Assembly: GCA_963737655.1 (NCBI GenBank)
Contig: CAVTTN010000002.1
Span: 4,480,001-4,544,000 of the forward strand
Source: an uncultured Planctomycetota bacterium
GTDB taxonomy: Bacteria; Planctomycetota; Planctomycetia; Isosphaerales; Isosphaeraceae
Direction of reading: 5' to 3'
DNA length: 64,000 bases
Position 1 is the first letter of the stretch; each line of letters opens with the position of its first letter. The translations under genes and the position numbers were made by a program. The notes under the pieces are model-generated. The model had not been told where the DNA came from and did not search any database. It saw nothing but the letters and a program-made list of their open reading frames with translations. This document shows positions 41,651-52,068 of this stretch, one piece after another.

Positions 41651-41765
41651 GATGGGATCGTAGCACGACGCGGAACGGGATGTCGAGCCGAGATCCGGGC
41701 GGGGCCGTCGAGGGGATCGGGCGGATTCGGGACGTCCCCGCGACCGGGCCAGGCCGGCGAGGGCC

Positions 41766-43934
41766 CTACTTCGCGGTCACCCTGGCCAGGAGCGAATCGA
41801 CCTCGCCCCAGAGCGCCTGCCACGCCTTGCGTTCGGCCTCGGGGAGCCTGGCCAGGGCGTCGGCGTCGCGGATTCCGGCGAGGTTGGGGTCATCCTTCCA
41901 GAAGTCGAGCCTCGCGGCCACGAACTTGCTGGTCTCCGGGGTCTTCTGATTGACGACGTTCTCCCAGATGGCGAGCTCGGCCCTGAGCCATCCCAGCGCC
42001 TGGGTCCGGAGCTTCGCCCGGGCGGCCTCGTCGGGCCTGGGGACGTCGTAACTCCCTCTGGAACCGGTCAACACTGCGGCGGACGCGGCGCGATAGCGAA
42101 AGGCCGTTCGATGGGCCTCGTCCAAGTTCGAATCCGAGGCGAGAGCCTCGGAGTACAGCCGTGCCGAGGTTGCGGGCAATCGCTTGAGGAACGCGTGCTC
42201 GGCGAGTTCCAGCCTCTCCGAAGGATCGATGTGTCGTTCGGCTCCGGTCAGGATCGAGACCAGGCGACGATTGAGCCGGCTGAGCCTCAGGTCGGCCTGC
42301 GCCTGCTCGTCGCGAGGGTCGTCCGCCAATCTCGCCTCGGGGATCGCCATCCCCTTGGCGTATGCCTCCAGCGCCAGGGCGGCCTCGCCGGACTGGAGCA
42401 GGGCGTCGCCGAATTTGTTGTACGTCTCCCAGAGGTCGCGGAGCGCCTTCCCGTTGCCCGGTTCGGCATGGGCCTGGGGCTCGCGGATCGCCAGGTCCTT
42501 GCCGTAGTACTTCACGGCCTCGGTGAGGTCGCCGTTCTGGAGGAGGGAGTCTCCGAGCTTGCGGTAGACGTCTCGGAGGTCCCGATTGGTGCGGGCGATC
42601 CTCTGGTTCAGTCCCAGGGCCGCGAACATCCCGACCGCCAGGCCCCCGAGCGCCACGAGGGACGTGATGGCCAGCGCCAGGGTCCGTCGGCGGCGCGAGC
42701 GTTCCACCACGGCGCGCTTGATCGCCTCCTCGGCCCGGGCAGCCTGTTCCGCCTGGCCGATCTCCGCCGCCCTCAGCCGATCCTGGACGCCGGAGAGGTA
42801 GGCCGAGATCAGGTCGGCGACCCGGCGGGCGTTCCTCGGGCGATCGTCGGCGACGGGCATCAGGCAGTGCCGGGCGACGGCGATCAGCTCGGGGTCGGCC
42901 CCGCAGGCGTCGAGGCGGGCGTAGGCGTCGGCCAGGTCGCCGCGTTCGGCCTTGGTCCGGATCGACGACAAAGTCTCCCCGATGTAGGCGGCCCCTCCGG
43001 TGAGGATCTGGCAGAGGATCGAGCCCAGGGCGAAGACGTCGGCCCGTTCGTCCAGTTGGTCGTTCTCCCCGCGAGCCTGCTCGGGAGGCACGTACGCGGC
43101 CTTTCCCATGAACAATCCCCGCTCGTCGCGAGGGCCGGGGCCACCGGGGTTCCGCAGGGTCTGGATCTCGCTGACCAGGGGCTCGATCCGGGATTCGTCG
43201 GCCTCTCGCGGGAGGATCTTGGCCAGGCCCCAATCCATCACCTGGACCTCGCCGAACCTCCCCACCATCACGTTCGACGGCGTGAGGTCGCGGTGGATCA
43301 CCCCTTTGGAGTGCGCATAGGCCATCGTCTGGCAAATCTGTTCGAATATCTTGAGGAAGCGGGGCTGGTCTTCGGTCGGCACGATTCGTTTCTTCAATAA
43401 CTCGTGGAGGTCGTCTCCCTTGACCAGCTTCATGGCGAAGAACGGCCGCTTATCGGGGAACTGACCGAGTTCGTGGATGGGCACGATCCCCGGATGCTGG
43501 AGTTGCCCGCCGATCTGAGCTTCCTCGATGAACCGGCCGATCATCTCTCGATTCAGGGCGTGATGCTCGAGCAAGACCTTGATGGCCAGATGACGGTTGA
43601 GGTCGCCGTCCTTGCTCTTGAGGATCACGCCCATGCCCCCTCGCTTGATTTCGCCGAGGATCTCGTAGCGGCCGAAGCCGTTCCACGCTTCGTGGGGACG
43701 GTCGGTCGTCGAGTCCTCCCAGGTCGGGGCATCGCAATCCACCTCCTCTCGGAGGACGACCTTGGAGAGGGGCCCGATCGACTTCTCGATCGACTTCAAG
43801 GTGCTCGGGCTGGTCGTCTCCGGCCACGAGTCGCGAAAGAAATCCTCGGGGGTGATCCTCGAATCCTCGTCGGCATCGCCGCTCACGAGTCTCTCCTTTT
43901 CCGAATCCGGTCCGCGTTGATCCGGGCTGCTCAT
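41766..43934 (-). CDS. Hanks-type Ser/Thr protein kinase with TM and TPR-like C-terminus
   Basis: RGGMGVI, LAIKVL, FIEEAQIGGQLQHPGIVP, IHRDLTPSN, VMDWGLAK, PPEQARG, DVFALG. Confidence 0.92.
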   Translation of the reverse strand: MSSPDQRGPDSEKERLVSGDADEDSRITPEDFFRDSWPETTSPSTLKSIEKSIGPLSKVVLREEVDCDAPTWEDSTTDRPHEAWNGFGRYEILGEIKRGGMGVILKSKDGDLNRHLAIKVLLEHHALNREMIGRFIEEAQIGGQLQHPGIVPIHELGQFPDKRPFFAMKLVKGDDLHELLKKRIVPTEDQPRFLKIFEQICQTMAYAHSKGVIHRDLTPSNVMVGRFGEVQVMDWGLAKILPREADESRIEPLVSEIQTLRNPGGPGPRDERGLFMGKAAYVPPEQARGENDQLDERADVFALGSILCQILTGGAAYIGETLSSIRTKAERGDLADAYARLDACGADPELIAVARHCLMPVADDRPRNARRVADLISAYLSGVQDRLRAAEIGQAEQAARAEEAIKRAVVERSRRRRTLALAITSLVALGGLAVGMFAALGLNQRIARTNRDLRDVYRKLGDSLLQNGDLTEAVKYYGKDLAIREPQAHAEPGNGKALRDLWETYNKFGDALLQSGEAALALEAYAKGMAIPEARLADDPRDEQAQADLRLSRLNRRLVSILTGAERHIDPSERLELAEHAFLKRLPATSARLYSEALASDSNLDEAHRTAFRYRAASAAVLTGSRGSYDVPRPDEAARAKLRTQALGWLRAELAIWENVVNQKTPETSKFVAARLDFWKDDPNLAGIRDADALARLPEAERKAWQALWGEVDSLLARVTAK

Positions 43935-44104
43935 GGTATCACGCGCGGGGGAGAGCGGCACCCTCCCTCTTTCGTGCGTCGAAGTTCGAGCGCGGTGCCG
44001 AATCCACGGATTTTCTCCCGTCAGTCCTTGTCGGAGGTGGCCAGCCCCGATAGCGTCGAAGGGTCGCCGGCCCGGCCCTCCCGACCTCCCGGACCCCTCC
44101 TCCC

Positions 44105-44962
44105 ATGACGGAACCCTCGATCGACGTCCTCGCCGAACTCCGCAGACTTCGCGACGAGCAGGACCGCCTCCGCCGAGGGCGGATCGGCGGGGTAGCCTGC
44201 CTTGCGATTGTCCTCTGCCTCCTCACGGCGGGCGCGAGGCCCGACGATGCCCCGAAAACCATCGAGGCGGCCAAGCTCGTCCTGAAGTCCCCGGACGGAA
44301 AGGTCCGGGCGAGCCTGGAATACTCCGAGAGGCTGGGAGGAGCGAGGCTGAACTTCTTCGCCCCGAACGGCGATACGCGGATCGCGATCGCCTCCCTGGA
44401 GAACGGCAACGACTCCCTGATCTTCTATGATCCGGAACAGAAATCGGGGCTCCGCGCCCAGCTCGGCGCCTTCAAGGGTCACGGCCTCCTGAGGTTCCTC
44501 GCCAGGGACCTCGACGGCTCCGTGCGATCGACCGTCCTCGGCAACATCGCGCCCGGGGCCGAGGGGCTGGCCATCGGGAGCCAGACGAAACCGCGGATCG
44601 TTCTCGGCCAGGACGAGGCCGGTCGGACAGCCCTGACCTTCTCTCGCCAGGGCCGGCCCGGCGAGGGCGAGATCCACCTCGGCCAGAACCCCGACGGCGA
44701 GGATTACCTGACGTTCCTCGAAGTTCCCCAACACCCTCGGATGGGGATCTCGCGACGGGATGGGACGTCGAGCCTGACCATGCTCGACGGCGCCGGGAAG
44801 CCCCGTCTCAACATGCAATCGGGGCCCGACGGGAAGTCGCTCCTCCGGCTCCTCGACAAGGACGGCAAGCCGACCACGATCCTGCGGGAGGACTCCGTGC
44901 AACTGCCGGTCCCGCTCCGCGAGGCGGCGCCGCCGGCCGAGCCTGGGGGCGTTCCCAAATGA
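44105..44962 (+). CDS. Hypothetical membrane-anchored protein with repeated beta-hairpin units
   Basis: N-terminal TM, then repeats such as LKSPDGKVRA, MLDGAGKPRL, LLDKDGKP. Confidence 0.65.
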   Translation: MTEPSIDVLAELRRLRDEQDRLRRGRIGGVACLAIVLCLLTAGARPDDAPKTIEAAKLVLKSPDGKVRASLEYSERLGGARLNFFAPNGDTRIAIASLENGNDSLIFYDPEQKSGLRAQLGAFKGHGLLRFLARDLDGSVRSTVLGNIAPGAEGLAIGSQTKPRIVLGQDEAGRTALTFSRQGRPGEGEIHLGQNPDGEDYLTFLEVPQHPRMGISRRDGTSSLTMLDGAGKPRLNMQSGPDGKSLLRLLDKDGKPTTILREDSVQLPVPLREAAPPAEPGGVPK

Positions 44963-45120
44963 GCGGGCGAGGAGGCGGCGAGATCCTCGGGGCGGCCCGG
45001 ATCGGACGCGTGGGGCGATGCTCGGATTTTCGCGTGTAGCAACTTGCCTGGCCTCGCCGGCTCCGCTAGCCTCGGGGAAGCGCGGGACACGGACTCCTCA
45101 TCCTCCCGGTGCCCTCCACC

Positions 45121-46299
45121 ATGCCGGACCTGAAATCGGCCGTCCTCGATCCGTTGACGAATCCGGGCAATGCGACGCCCGAGGCGCGCATCGATCTGAT
45201 CTACACCCGCTACACCGCCCTGATCGCGGCCTGCCGACAGCAGAACGTCTTCCACCTGCCGCCGTGGGATGCCCAGGGGACGCCCGAGCCGTCTCGGGAC
45301 GATGCCGTGAACTTCCTGGCCCGGTTCCTCGGGGCCGTCGAGGGGGAGAACAAGGCGGCTTTGGGCCTCCAGGGGGACCGGGCCGGGGCCTTGCGCTACC
45401 TCCGGGCCCAGGTCACCTTCTGGACCCGGGCGAACTTCCGTCGCTTCCACTTCATCAACCGCTTCCGATATGCGATCGAGCTGGCTTTGAGGGTCCGTCG
45501 GCCCCGCGCCGTCGATCAGGGCCAGGCCGTCCTGTGCGGGGCGGCGGCCGTCTACTCGGGATACCTGAAGCACGAGCCCCGGCCGGCCCTGAAATACGCC
45601 CTGGACCTCGCCGAGACGGGCCAGGCCACGCTGAAGGAATACAGGTTCTCGATCATCGAGGACGTGGTCGATTCCGCCGCCATGGGGCGCAACGAGATGA
45701 TCCCCGTCGATTGGGTGACGCTCGCCGGGCTCCGCTACCACTTCGAGCCGCTGGCCTGGGTCGCCGCCAGGGGAGGGATCGACTCGAGCACGGTCGATGC
45801 CCTCCGCCAGTTGACCAAGCCCGGCCTTCTGACCTCCTGGCTGAACAACATGGGCTACCGCAACGTGGTCGATCGGACGTTCGGCCGATCCGGCTTCACC
45901 TGGAGCGCCCAGATCGCCAGCGGCATCACCCGGGCCTTCATGCACGGCAGCTATACCGGCGAATCCGACCCGGAGAGGAACCTGGGGCTGGCCGTGGCGG
46001 CGCTGAACGGGGGGGCCCTGGTCTTCCTCTGGGCGTATGGCGACCTCTCCGAGGAGACCCGGGTCCGGGCGCCTCATCAGGCCGTCGTCCCAGACCGGAC
46101 CGCCCAGGGGTTCGCCCCGAGCAACGACGCCATCGGGTTCCCCAAGCTCCACTGGACCCGCGTGACCCACCTGGCCGTCAACAACCAGGCCAATACCGTG
46201 ACGATCCGCCACTTCACCTGGGGCAATACTCGCCACGCCATGTTCGACAAGACAGAGTTCCTCAACGTCTACCTCGGGTTCATTCAGGCCGATCCCTGA
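45121..46299 (+). CDS. Hypothetical protein, possible papain-like Cys-His hydrolase
   Basis: Long ORF with host-like codon usage; DQGQAVLCGAAA … LHW … FTWG; alternative GTG start at 45109. Confidence 0.6.
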   Translation: MPDLKSAVLDPLTNPGNATPEARIDLIYTRYTALIAACRQQNVFHLPPWDAQGTPEPSRDDAVNFLARFLGAVEGENKAALGLQGDRAGALRYLRAQVTFWTRANFRRFHFINRFRYAIELALRVRRPRAVDQGQAVLCGAAAVYSGYLKHEPRPALKYALDLAETGQATLKEYRFSIIEDVVDSAAMGRNEMIPVDWVTLAGLRYHFEPLAWVAARGGIDSSTVDALRQLTKPGLLTSWLNNMGYRNVVDRTFGRSGFTWSAQIASGITRAFMHGSYTGESDPERNLGLAVAALNGGALVFLWAYGDLSEETRVRAPHQAVVPDRTAQGFAPSNDAIGFPKLHWTRVTHLAVNNQANTVTIRHFTWGNTRHAMFDKTEFLNVYLGFIQADP

Positions 46300-46381
46300 A
46301 GGCCCGGTGGCCCCGGGTTCGTTCGCATGATAGGCTTCGCCCGGACCGCCCCTTCCCTCCGGTTCCGACCGCGACTCGCTC

Positions 46382-47146
46382 GTGACGAACGCCCCCTCGC
46401 TGCCCATCGCCGTCGCGATCCCCTGCCATAACGAGGCCCCGGCCGTCGCCCGGGTCGTCGCCGAGTGGCGATCGGCGTTGCCCGAGGCCGAGATCGTTGT
46501 TTTCGACAATGATTCGACCGATGGGACCGGCGACCTCGCCCGATCGCTGGGGGTTCGCGTGGAGTTCGTGGCCGAACGAGGCAAGGGGCATGCGGTCCGG
46601 GCGATTTTTTCGCTCCTGGCCGACCGCCCGGCGGTGGTCCTCGTCGATGGCGACGGGACGTATCCGGCGACGGAGGTCCGTCGGCTCCTGGGGCCGGTCC
46701 TGGACGGCTCGGCCGAGATGAGCGTCGGGGCGAGGCGGCCGGTGGACCAGCCCGGGGCGATGTCGCCGGTCCGGGGGGTCGGGAACCTCATGATTCGCTC
46801 GGCCTTCCTCGTGCTGATCGGCCGGGGGCCGGGGGACCTGCTCTCGGGCTACCGGGTTTTCGGCCCGGCCTTCCTCAAGGCGTTCCGGCCGAGGTCCTCG
46901 GGGTTCGAGATCGAGACGGAGATCGCCGGAGAGGCCGTCGCCCGGGGGATGAGGACCGTGGAAGTGCCCGTCCCGTACTATCCCCGGATCGCCGGGACCG
47001 CCAGCAAGCTCCGCGCCTTCCGAGACGGGGCCCGCATCTTCGCCACGATCGCCGGGTTAGGGCTGAGGCTCCGGCCGTGGAGGCTCGGGGCCATCCTCGT
47101 CGCGTTGCTGGGGATCGTCGGCGTGGCGGTGCGACTGTGGCGGTAG
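46382..47146 (+). CDS. Glycosyltransferase family 2 (DPM1-like)
   Basis: IPCHNEA, FDNDSTDGT, GKGHAV, VDGDGTY, SGYRVF, GFEIETE. Confidence 0.92.
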   Translation: MTNAPSLPIAVAIPCHNEAPAVARVVAEWRSALPEAEIVVFDNDSTDGTGDLARSLGVRVEFVAERGKGHAVRAIFSLLADRPAVVLVDGDGTYPATEVRRLLGPVLDGSAEMSVGARRPVDQPGAMSPVRGVGNLMIRSAFLVLIGRGPGDLLSGYRVFGPAFLKAFRPRSSGFEIETEIAGEAVARGMRTVEVPVPYYPRIAGTASKLRAFRDGARIFATIAGLGLRLRPWRLGAILVALLGIVGVAVRLWR

Positions 47147-47240
47147 AGGAATGTGGTGGGAAGGATCGTGTCAGATGGGCTTTATAGTGCGATTTTCGTT
47201 TGGGCGTGGTGGTTGACTTCCGGACGGGCCTCTACGCCCC

Positions 47241-47297
47241 TCGTAGGGCGGGCCTTGGCCTGCCGTCGGTCTCGGCAGGCCAAGGCCTGCCCTACGA
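47241..47297. repeat. GTAG-type REP doublet, family C (second copy)
   Basis: TCGTAGGGCGGGCCTTGGCCTGCCG…CGGCAGGCCAAGGCCTGCCCTACGA. Confidence 0.85.
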
Positions 47298-47311
47298 ATG
47301 GTCAACCGCCT

Positions 47312-47466
47312 CGCTCCATCGAAACCCGCCCTGGAAATCCCCGGTGTTGGAATGGGATCGAGTAGGTCCGACTTCAGTCGGGCCTACAAAACGAGGCAAC
47401 TTTGTAGGCCCGACTGAAGTCGGACCTACTCGGTCGACCTCTTCGATCGGAGTTGCCTACGGAGCC
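47312..47466. mobile_element. MITE family B, degenerate copy
   Basis: GCTCCATCGAAACCC…same REP doublet…TCGACCTCTTCGATCGGAGTTGCCTACGGAGC; no clear TSD. Confidence 0.75.
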
Positions 47467-47521
47467 GATCTGCCACCCTTGTTCCCGCCGATTTCGATTC
47501 CTCGCCCCGTCCCCGGCCCGG

Positions 47522-49933
47522 TCAGAGCAGCGTCCCCAGCGCTTTCTTGAGGGCTTCGGAGGTCACGGGCTTCTCCAGGTAGCCCTGGACTCCGGCCTCG
47601 CCGATCCGTCGTTGGTTGTCGGCGGTGACGTCGCCGGTCAGGGCGAAGATCGGCGTGGAGCGGAGGGTGGGGTCGGCCCTCAGGGCGAGCGTGGCGTCGA
47701 TGCCGTCCATCCCGGGCATGTTGATGTCCATGAGGATCGCCAGGGGGCGTTCCTGCCGGGCGATCTGGAGGGCCTCGTCGCCGTCGGCGGCTTCCAGGAC
47801 GCGGTAGCCCATCCGCCGGAGGAGCCGCCCCAGGGTCTGGCGGCTGTCCTTGTGGTCCTCGGCCACGACGATCGGGCCGGTCGTGGCCGAGGCGGTGGGG
47901 CCGTGGGGCCTGGCCTCGTCGGGTTCGCCGTCGACGAGGATCGAGTCGGGCAGGGCCAGGGTGAAGGTGCTCCCCCGGCCCACGGCGCTCTCCAGGACGA
48001 TCTCGCCGCCGAGGAGCCCGGCCAGCCTCTTGCAGATGGCCAGGCCCAGCCCGGTGCCCTCTCCGGCCGGTCGCCTCGGGTTCTCCAGGGTGGCGAACTC
48101 GTCGAAGACCCGGGCCTGGTCGGCCGGGGCGATCCCGGCGCCGGAGTCCTGCACCGAAACGGTCAGCCGGCCCTGGCTCCGCCCTCCGTACAGGCGGATC
48201 TGGCCGCGATCGGTGTATCTCAGGGCGTTGGAGAGGAAATTGGAGACGATCTGCTTGAGCTTGGCGCGATCGGTGGCGACGGTCAGCTTGACCAGGCCGT
48301 CGGGCTCGAACCGGCAGCCCAGGCCCTTGAGCCTCGCCTGGGTCTCCACGCTGGAGAAGCACTCGGCCAGCGCCGCTTCCAGGACGAACCGCGACGGCTC
48401 GGCCGGCATCGCCCCGGCGTCGATCCGGGTCAGGTCGAGCAGGTCGCCGAGCAGGTCCAGGACGTTCTTCACCCCGTTGCGGATGGTCCGCAGGCACTCG
48501 ACGACCTCCGGGTCGTCCTGGTCCTGAACGTGCATCTCCAGGAGCTGGGCCGAGAGCACCACGGCGTTCAGGGGGGTCCGGGCGTCGTGAGACAGGGCGG
48601 ACATCAGCCGCGTCTTGTGCTGGGAGGACTCCTCGGCGAGCCTCCTCTGGCGGTCCAGGGCGTCCTCGAGCTCCACCTGCTCGGTCACGTCCAGGCTGGT
48701 GCCGAGGTAGCCGAGGTACTGGCCCGAGTCGTCGAGGTAGGGGACCCCTCGCGAGGTGATCCAGCGGTACTGGCCGTCGGCCCGGCGGACGCGGAACTTC
48801 CGGGCGAACGGCTCGCGGTTGTCGAAGGCCGCGCGGAAGATCTCGACGACCGCCGACCGGTCCTCGGGGTGGACGACCTGCATCCAGCCGCCCCGCTCGA
48901 CCTGCTCGGGCGAGAGGCCGAGGTAGTCGAGATACGTTTGATTGACGAAATCGTTGCGGCCGTCGGGACCGGTCCTCCAGATCATCACCGGGGAGCGTTC
49001 GACGATCGCCCGGTGCTGGGCGGCGAGGTCGGCGAGCCTGGCCTCCATCGCCCTCCGGGTCGTGACGTCCTGGGCCACGGCCACCGCCCCGACGATCGAC
49101 CCCCCGGGGCCGGGCAAGGGGGCGGCGCTGACGGTGACGACCCTCACGCAGTCGCTCTGCGACCAGAGGACCTCCTCCTGCTCGATCTTGGCTCCCCGCA
49201 ACGCCCGGGACAGCGGGAATTCCGCCGGCAGGTATCCCGAGCCGTCGGGCCGGTGGAGCTCGAAGACCGGGGTCTTCTCCAGGACGTTCAGCCGGCCGAC
49301 GGTCGCCTCGGCCGGGAACTGCTGGAGCGCCTCGGCCTCGCGATTGACCTCGATGATCTTGCCGTCGGAATCGGCCACCCAAACGCCCACGGGCAGGCTG
49401 GCGAGCAGGGCCCGGAGCTTCCCCCTCTCCGACTCGGCCTCGGCCTGCGCGACCTCCAGGGCGAGCTTGCCGGCCTCGGCCTGGGCCAGCGCCGTCTCGG
49501 CGGCGGCCTGGCTGTCCTCGTGGAACTGGCGGACGCTCTCGGCCATCGCCTCGTTCAGCACGTCGTCGATCGCCGCCTGGGCCGACTCCAACGTCGTCAG
49601 GTCGAAGTCATTCTCCCGGGCCGAGGCGAACGTCGCCTGACTGAGCGCCGATCGCAGGTGCCCGAGCTCGGCCACGACCTCCGAGACGTCGTATCCCTGC
49701 TCATACCGCATCCGCCCGTGCTTCTCGGCCACGCTCGAGACGTCGACCGGCTGGCCTCGCAGCCGATCGGCCATCCGGTCCAGGAGGACCGGGACGTGAT
49801 CGAGGAATTGTTGATAGGTGAGCGAGCCGGACCGAGGCACGTCGCCGGCCTGGCGGACGGCCTCCTGCCAGGTCCCGATGATCGAGTCAGTCCGGTCGTC
49901 GAGGTGTTCCGCCACCAGGACGGGGCCATTCAT
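47522..49933 (-). CDS. Hybrid sensor histidine kinase (RsbRD_N-like, two PAS, HisKA, HATPase, REC)
   Basis: KHGRMRYEQGY, SHDARTPLN, NFLSNALRYT, DSGAGI, GTGLGLAI, ILMDINMPGMDG, LEKPV. Confidence 0.93.
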   Translation of the reverse strand: MNGPVLVAEHLDDRTDSIIGTWQEAVRQAGDVPRSGSLTYQQFLDHVPVLLDRMADRLRGQPVDVSSVAEKHGRMRYEQGYDVSEVVAELGHLRSALSQATFASARENDFDLTTLESAQAAIDDVLNEAMAESVRQFHEDSQAAAETALAQAEAGKLALEVAQAEAESERGKLRALLASLPVGVWVADSDGKIIEVNREAEALQQFPAEATVGRLNVLEKTPVFELHRPDGSGYLPAEFPLSRALRGAKIEQEEVLWSQSDCVRVVTVSAAPLPGPGGSIVGAVAVAQDVTTRRAMEARLADLAAQHRAIVERSPVMIWRTGPDGRNDFVNQTYLDYLGLSPEQVERGGWMQVVHPEDRSAVVEIFRAAFDNREPFARKFRVRRADGQYRWITSRGVPYLDDSGQYLGYLGTSLDVTEQVELEDALDRQRRLAEESSQHKTRLMSALSHDARTPLNAVVLSAQLLEMHVQDQDDPEVVECLRTIRNGVKNVLDLLGDLLDLTRIDAGAMPAEPSRFVLEAALAECFSSVETQARLKGLGCRFEPDGLVKLTVATDRAKLKQIVSNFLSNALRYTDRGQIRLYGGRSQGRLTVSVQDSGAGIAPADQARVFDEFATLENPRRPAGEGTGLGLAICKRLAGLLGGEIVLESAVGRGSTFTLALPDSILVDGEPDEARPHGPTASATTGPIVVAEDHKDSRQTLGRLLRRMGYRVLEAADGDEALQIARQERPLAILMDINMPGMDGIDATLALRADPTLRSTPIFALTGDVTADNQRRIGEAGVQGYLEKPVTSEALKKALGTLL

Positions 49934-50563
49934 GGGCGGTTCCCTGCTCGGAGCGGTTCAACGACGATTCGCAAGACCCAGGCCGCACCAAGGGTTCCGA
50001 GGCCTCGGGGGGGGAGGATCGAGCACGGCGGGCCCGCGACGGCGCGGATTCGGGCGGTGAGTGACCCTTAGTATCCCCGCCGCGCCGAGCCGATGTCAAG
50101 CCAATCGGGCGCCCCGCCGCGGCCGTTTCCTCCCCGGCGGACGATTCTCCCCAAGGGGCTTGGGAGGCACGGGTTCCGTCCCCCGAACCCGCGGGGCCTG
50201 TCCCGAGACCCCCAAGACGGAACCCGTACCGGGCAAACGACATCCGTCCGAAAAATCCCAGGGAAGGAAGCGGCCCCGGGACGGCCCCGACCCCGCTTTC
50301 CTCGTCGATCTCCCACAACGGAATCGGCCCCGATCGTGTCGTTTTCGATCACCAGACGCGCCCGTCCGCCGGGCCGCGACGCCCCGGAAGGGACTCGAGT
50401 CGAACGCGTGATTCTTCATCCCTTTGATTTTCGGATCGGAACACGTTCCTCTTTCCCGGGGCATGACCCGGTCCTTGACCGCCCGGGGCGGTCCTGTAGA
50501 CTGAGGAGTCGCGTGGACCGGGCGGCTCGTCACATCGGGACGGCAGACGGAAGGATCACGGCC

Positions 50564-51775
50564 ATGAGTCATGACTCTCACGACGTTTCTCGCCGGGACG
50601 TGATGCGATTGGGGGCAACGGGAGTGGCCGCGGCGAGCATGGCCGGCCTGCCCGTCCTGGCCGATGACAAGCCCGCCGCGGACACGCTGCCCAAGCGGCG
50701 ATACGGCCGCACCGGCCTCGAGATCGGCTGGCTCGTCGGCGCGTCCGACTGGACCAAGGAGCTGATCCCCAGGGCGGTGAAGGCCGGGGTCAACTACTGG
50801 CACAAGGCCCATATCTGGAACGCCAACACGCTCCCGCCGGCCCTGAAGACGCTGCCCAGGGAGTCGTACTACCTCGAATGCGTCGTGGACCGCGTCAACG
50901 GCGACCACACCCGGGGCAAGATCGACGAGGAGCAGCACTACCAGTTCGTCAAGAAGCGCCTGAAGGACGCGGGCGTCGGCTACTACGACGTCTTCAAGTT
51001 CCACTTCGGCTACCACTCCATCGAGGAAGCCAAGCAGAACCCGGGGATGGTCCGGGCCTTCGAACGGCTCAAGAAGGAAGGGCTGGTCAAGCACCTGGCC
51101 ATCTCCCAGCACCACTACAACTCCATCAACGGCGACATGGCCTGGGAGATCCTGACCTACCTGGCCGACCATCAGCCCTTCGAGGCCACCCAGTTCTTCT
51201 ACACCTACAACGACCGCAAGGAGGTGGGAGAATGGATCGACCTGGCCAAGAAGAAGGACATCGCGACGATCGCCATGAAGTCGATGGGCGGAGTGGGCCG
51301 CGCCGCCAGTGACACGAAGTTCCAGAAGCTCCTGGCGGACCCGAAGTACCAGGGCACCAGCCCCGCCTCGGCGATGGTGAAGTGGCTGAAGTCGAACCCG
51401 AACCTCACCGGCGCGGTGATCGCGATCAAGAATTTCGACCAGTTCCAGGAGAACGTGGGGGCCGCCGCCAGCCTGGCCATGGCCCCGCAGGATCACGCGA
51501 TGCTCGCCCTCCTGTCGGACTACAACAAGGGGCTGACCTGCCTCCTGTGCGCCCAGTGCGTGGCGGCCTGCCCCGAACACCTCGCGATCTCGGACGTCTT
51601 CCGCTACGAGCGGTACGCCTACGACTATCACGAGCTGCACCGGGCCCGATCGGAATACTCGACCCTGGCCAAGAACGCCACATCCTGCGTCGGCTGCGGC
51701 GACTGCCTCCCAACCTGCCCCCAGGAGATCGACATCGTCGCAAAATTGAAGGACGTGCACGACCTCCTGGGATGA
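50564..51775 (+). CDS. Tat-exported aldo/keto reductase with C-terminal 4Fe-4S dicluster
   Basis: SRRDVMR, RRYGRTG, LKKEGLVKHLAIS, IAMKS, CLLCAQCVAACP and CVGCGDCLPTCP. Confidence 0.85.
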   Translation: MSHDSHDVSRRDVMRLGATGVAAASMAGLPVLADDKPAADTLPKRRYGRTGLEIGWLVGASDWTKELIPRAVKAGVNYWHKAHIWNANTLPPALKTLPRESYYLECVVDRVNGDHTRGKIDEEQHYQFVKKRLKDAGVGYYDVFKFHFGYHSIEEAKQNPGMVRAFERLKKEGLVKHLAISQHHYNSINGDMAWEILTYLADHQPFEATQFFYTYNDRKEVGEWIDLAKKKDIATIAMKSMGGVGRAASDTKFQKLLADPKYQGTSPASAMVKWLKSNPNLTGAVIAIKNFDQFQENVGAAASLAMAPQDHAMLALLSDYNKGLTCLLCAQCVAACPEHLAISDVFRYERYAYDYHELHRARSEYSTLAKNATSCVGCGDCLPTCPQEIDIVAKLKDVHDLLG

Positions 51776-51907
51776 TGGGAGCGAAAAGGGGGTCAGGAGC
51801 CGACTGACCCCTTTGACTCGACCCCCGCCCCGTTAAATTGGGGTCATGCCACACACCCCCGGGCCTCCGCAGTGGCAGCTCCTTAAGACCGAGACCGGCT
51901 CCAAACC

Positions 51908-52049
51908 TGCTTCCGTAGAATACCCCGATCGAAGAGGTCGATCGAGTAGGTCCGACTTCAGTCGGGCCTGCAAAATGTCTCGTTTTTTGGGCCCGACTGA
52001 AGTCGGACCTACTCGTTTCCACATTCTCAACGGAGTTTTCTACGGAGCA
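51908..52049. mobile_element. MITE family B copy
   Basis: TGCTTCCGTAGAATACCCC…REP doublet…GAGTTTTCTACGGAGCA; possible decayed TSD CTCCAAACC/CTTCCGACC. Confidence 0.8.
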
Positions 52050-52068
52050 CTTCCGACCCCTTTTCCCT

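Noticed and set aside
27200..52015. GTAGGTCCGACTTCAGTCGGGCCTAC repeats as a CRISPR array
   Set aside because: Dispersed inverted pairs rather than direct repeats with unique spacers; no cas genes in the window.
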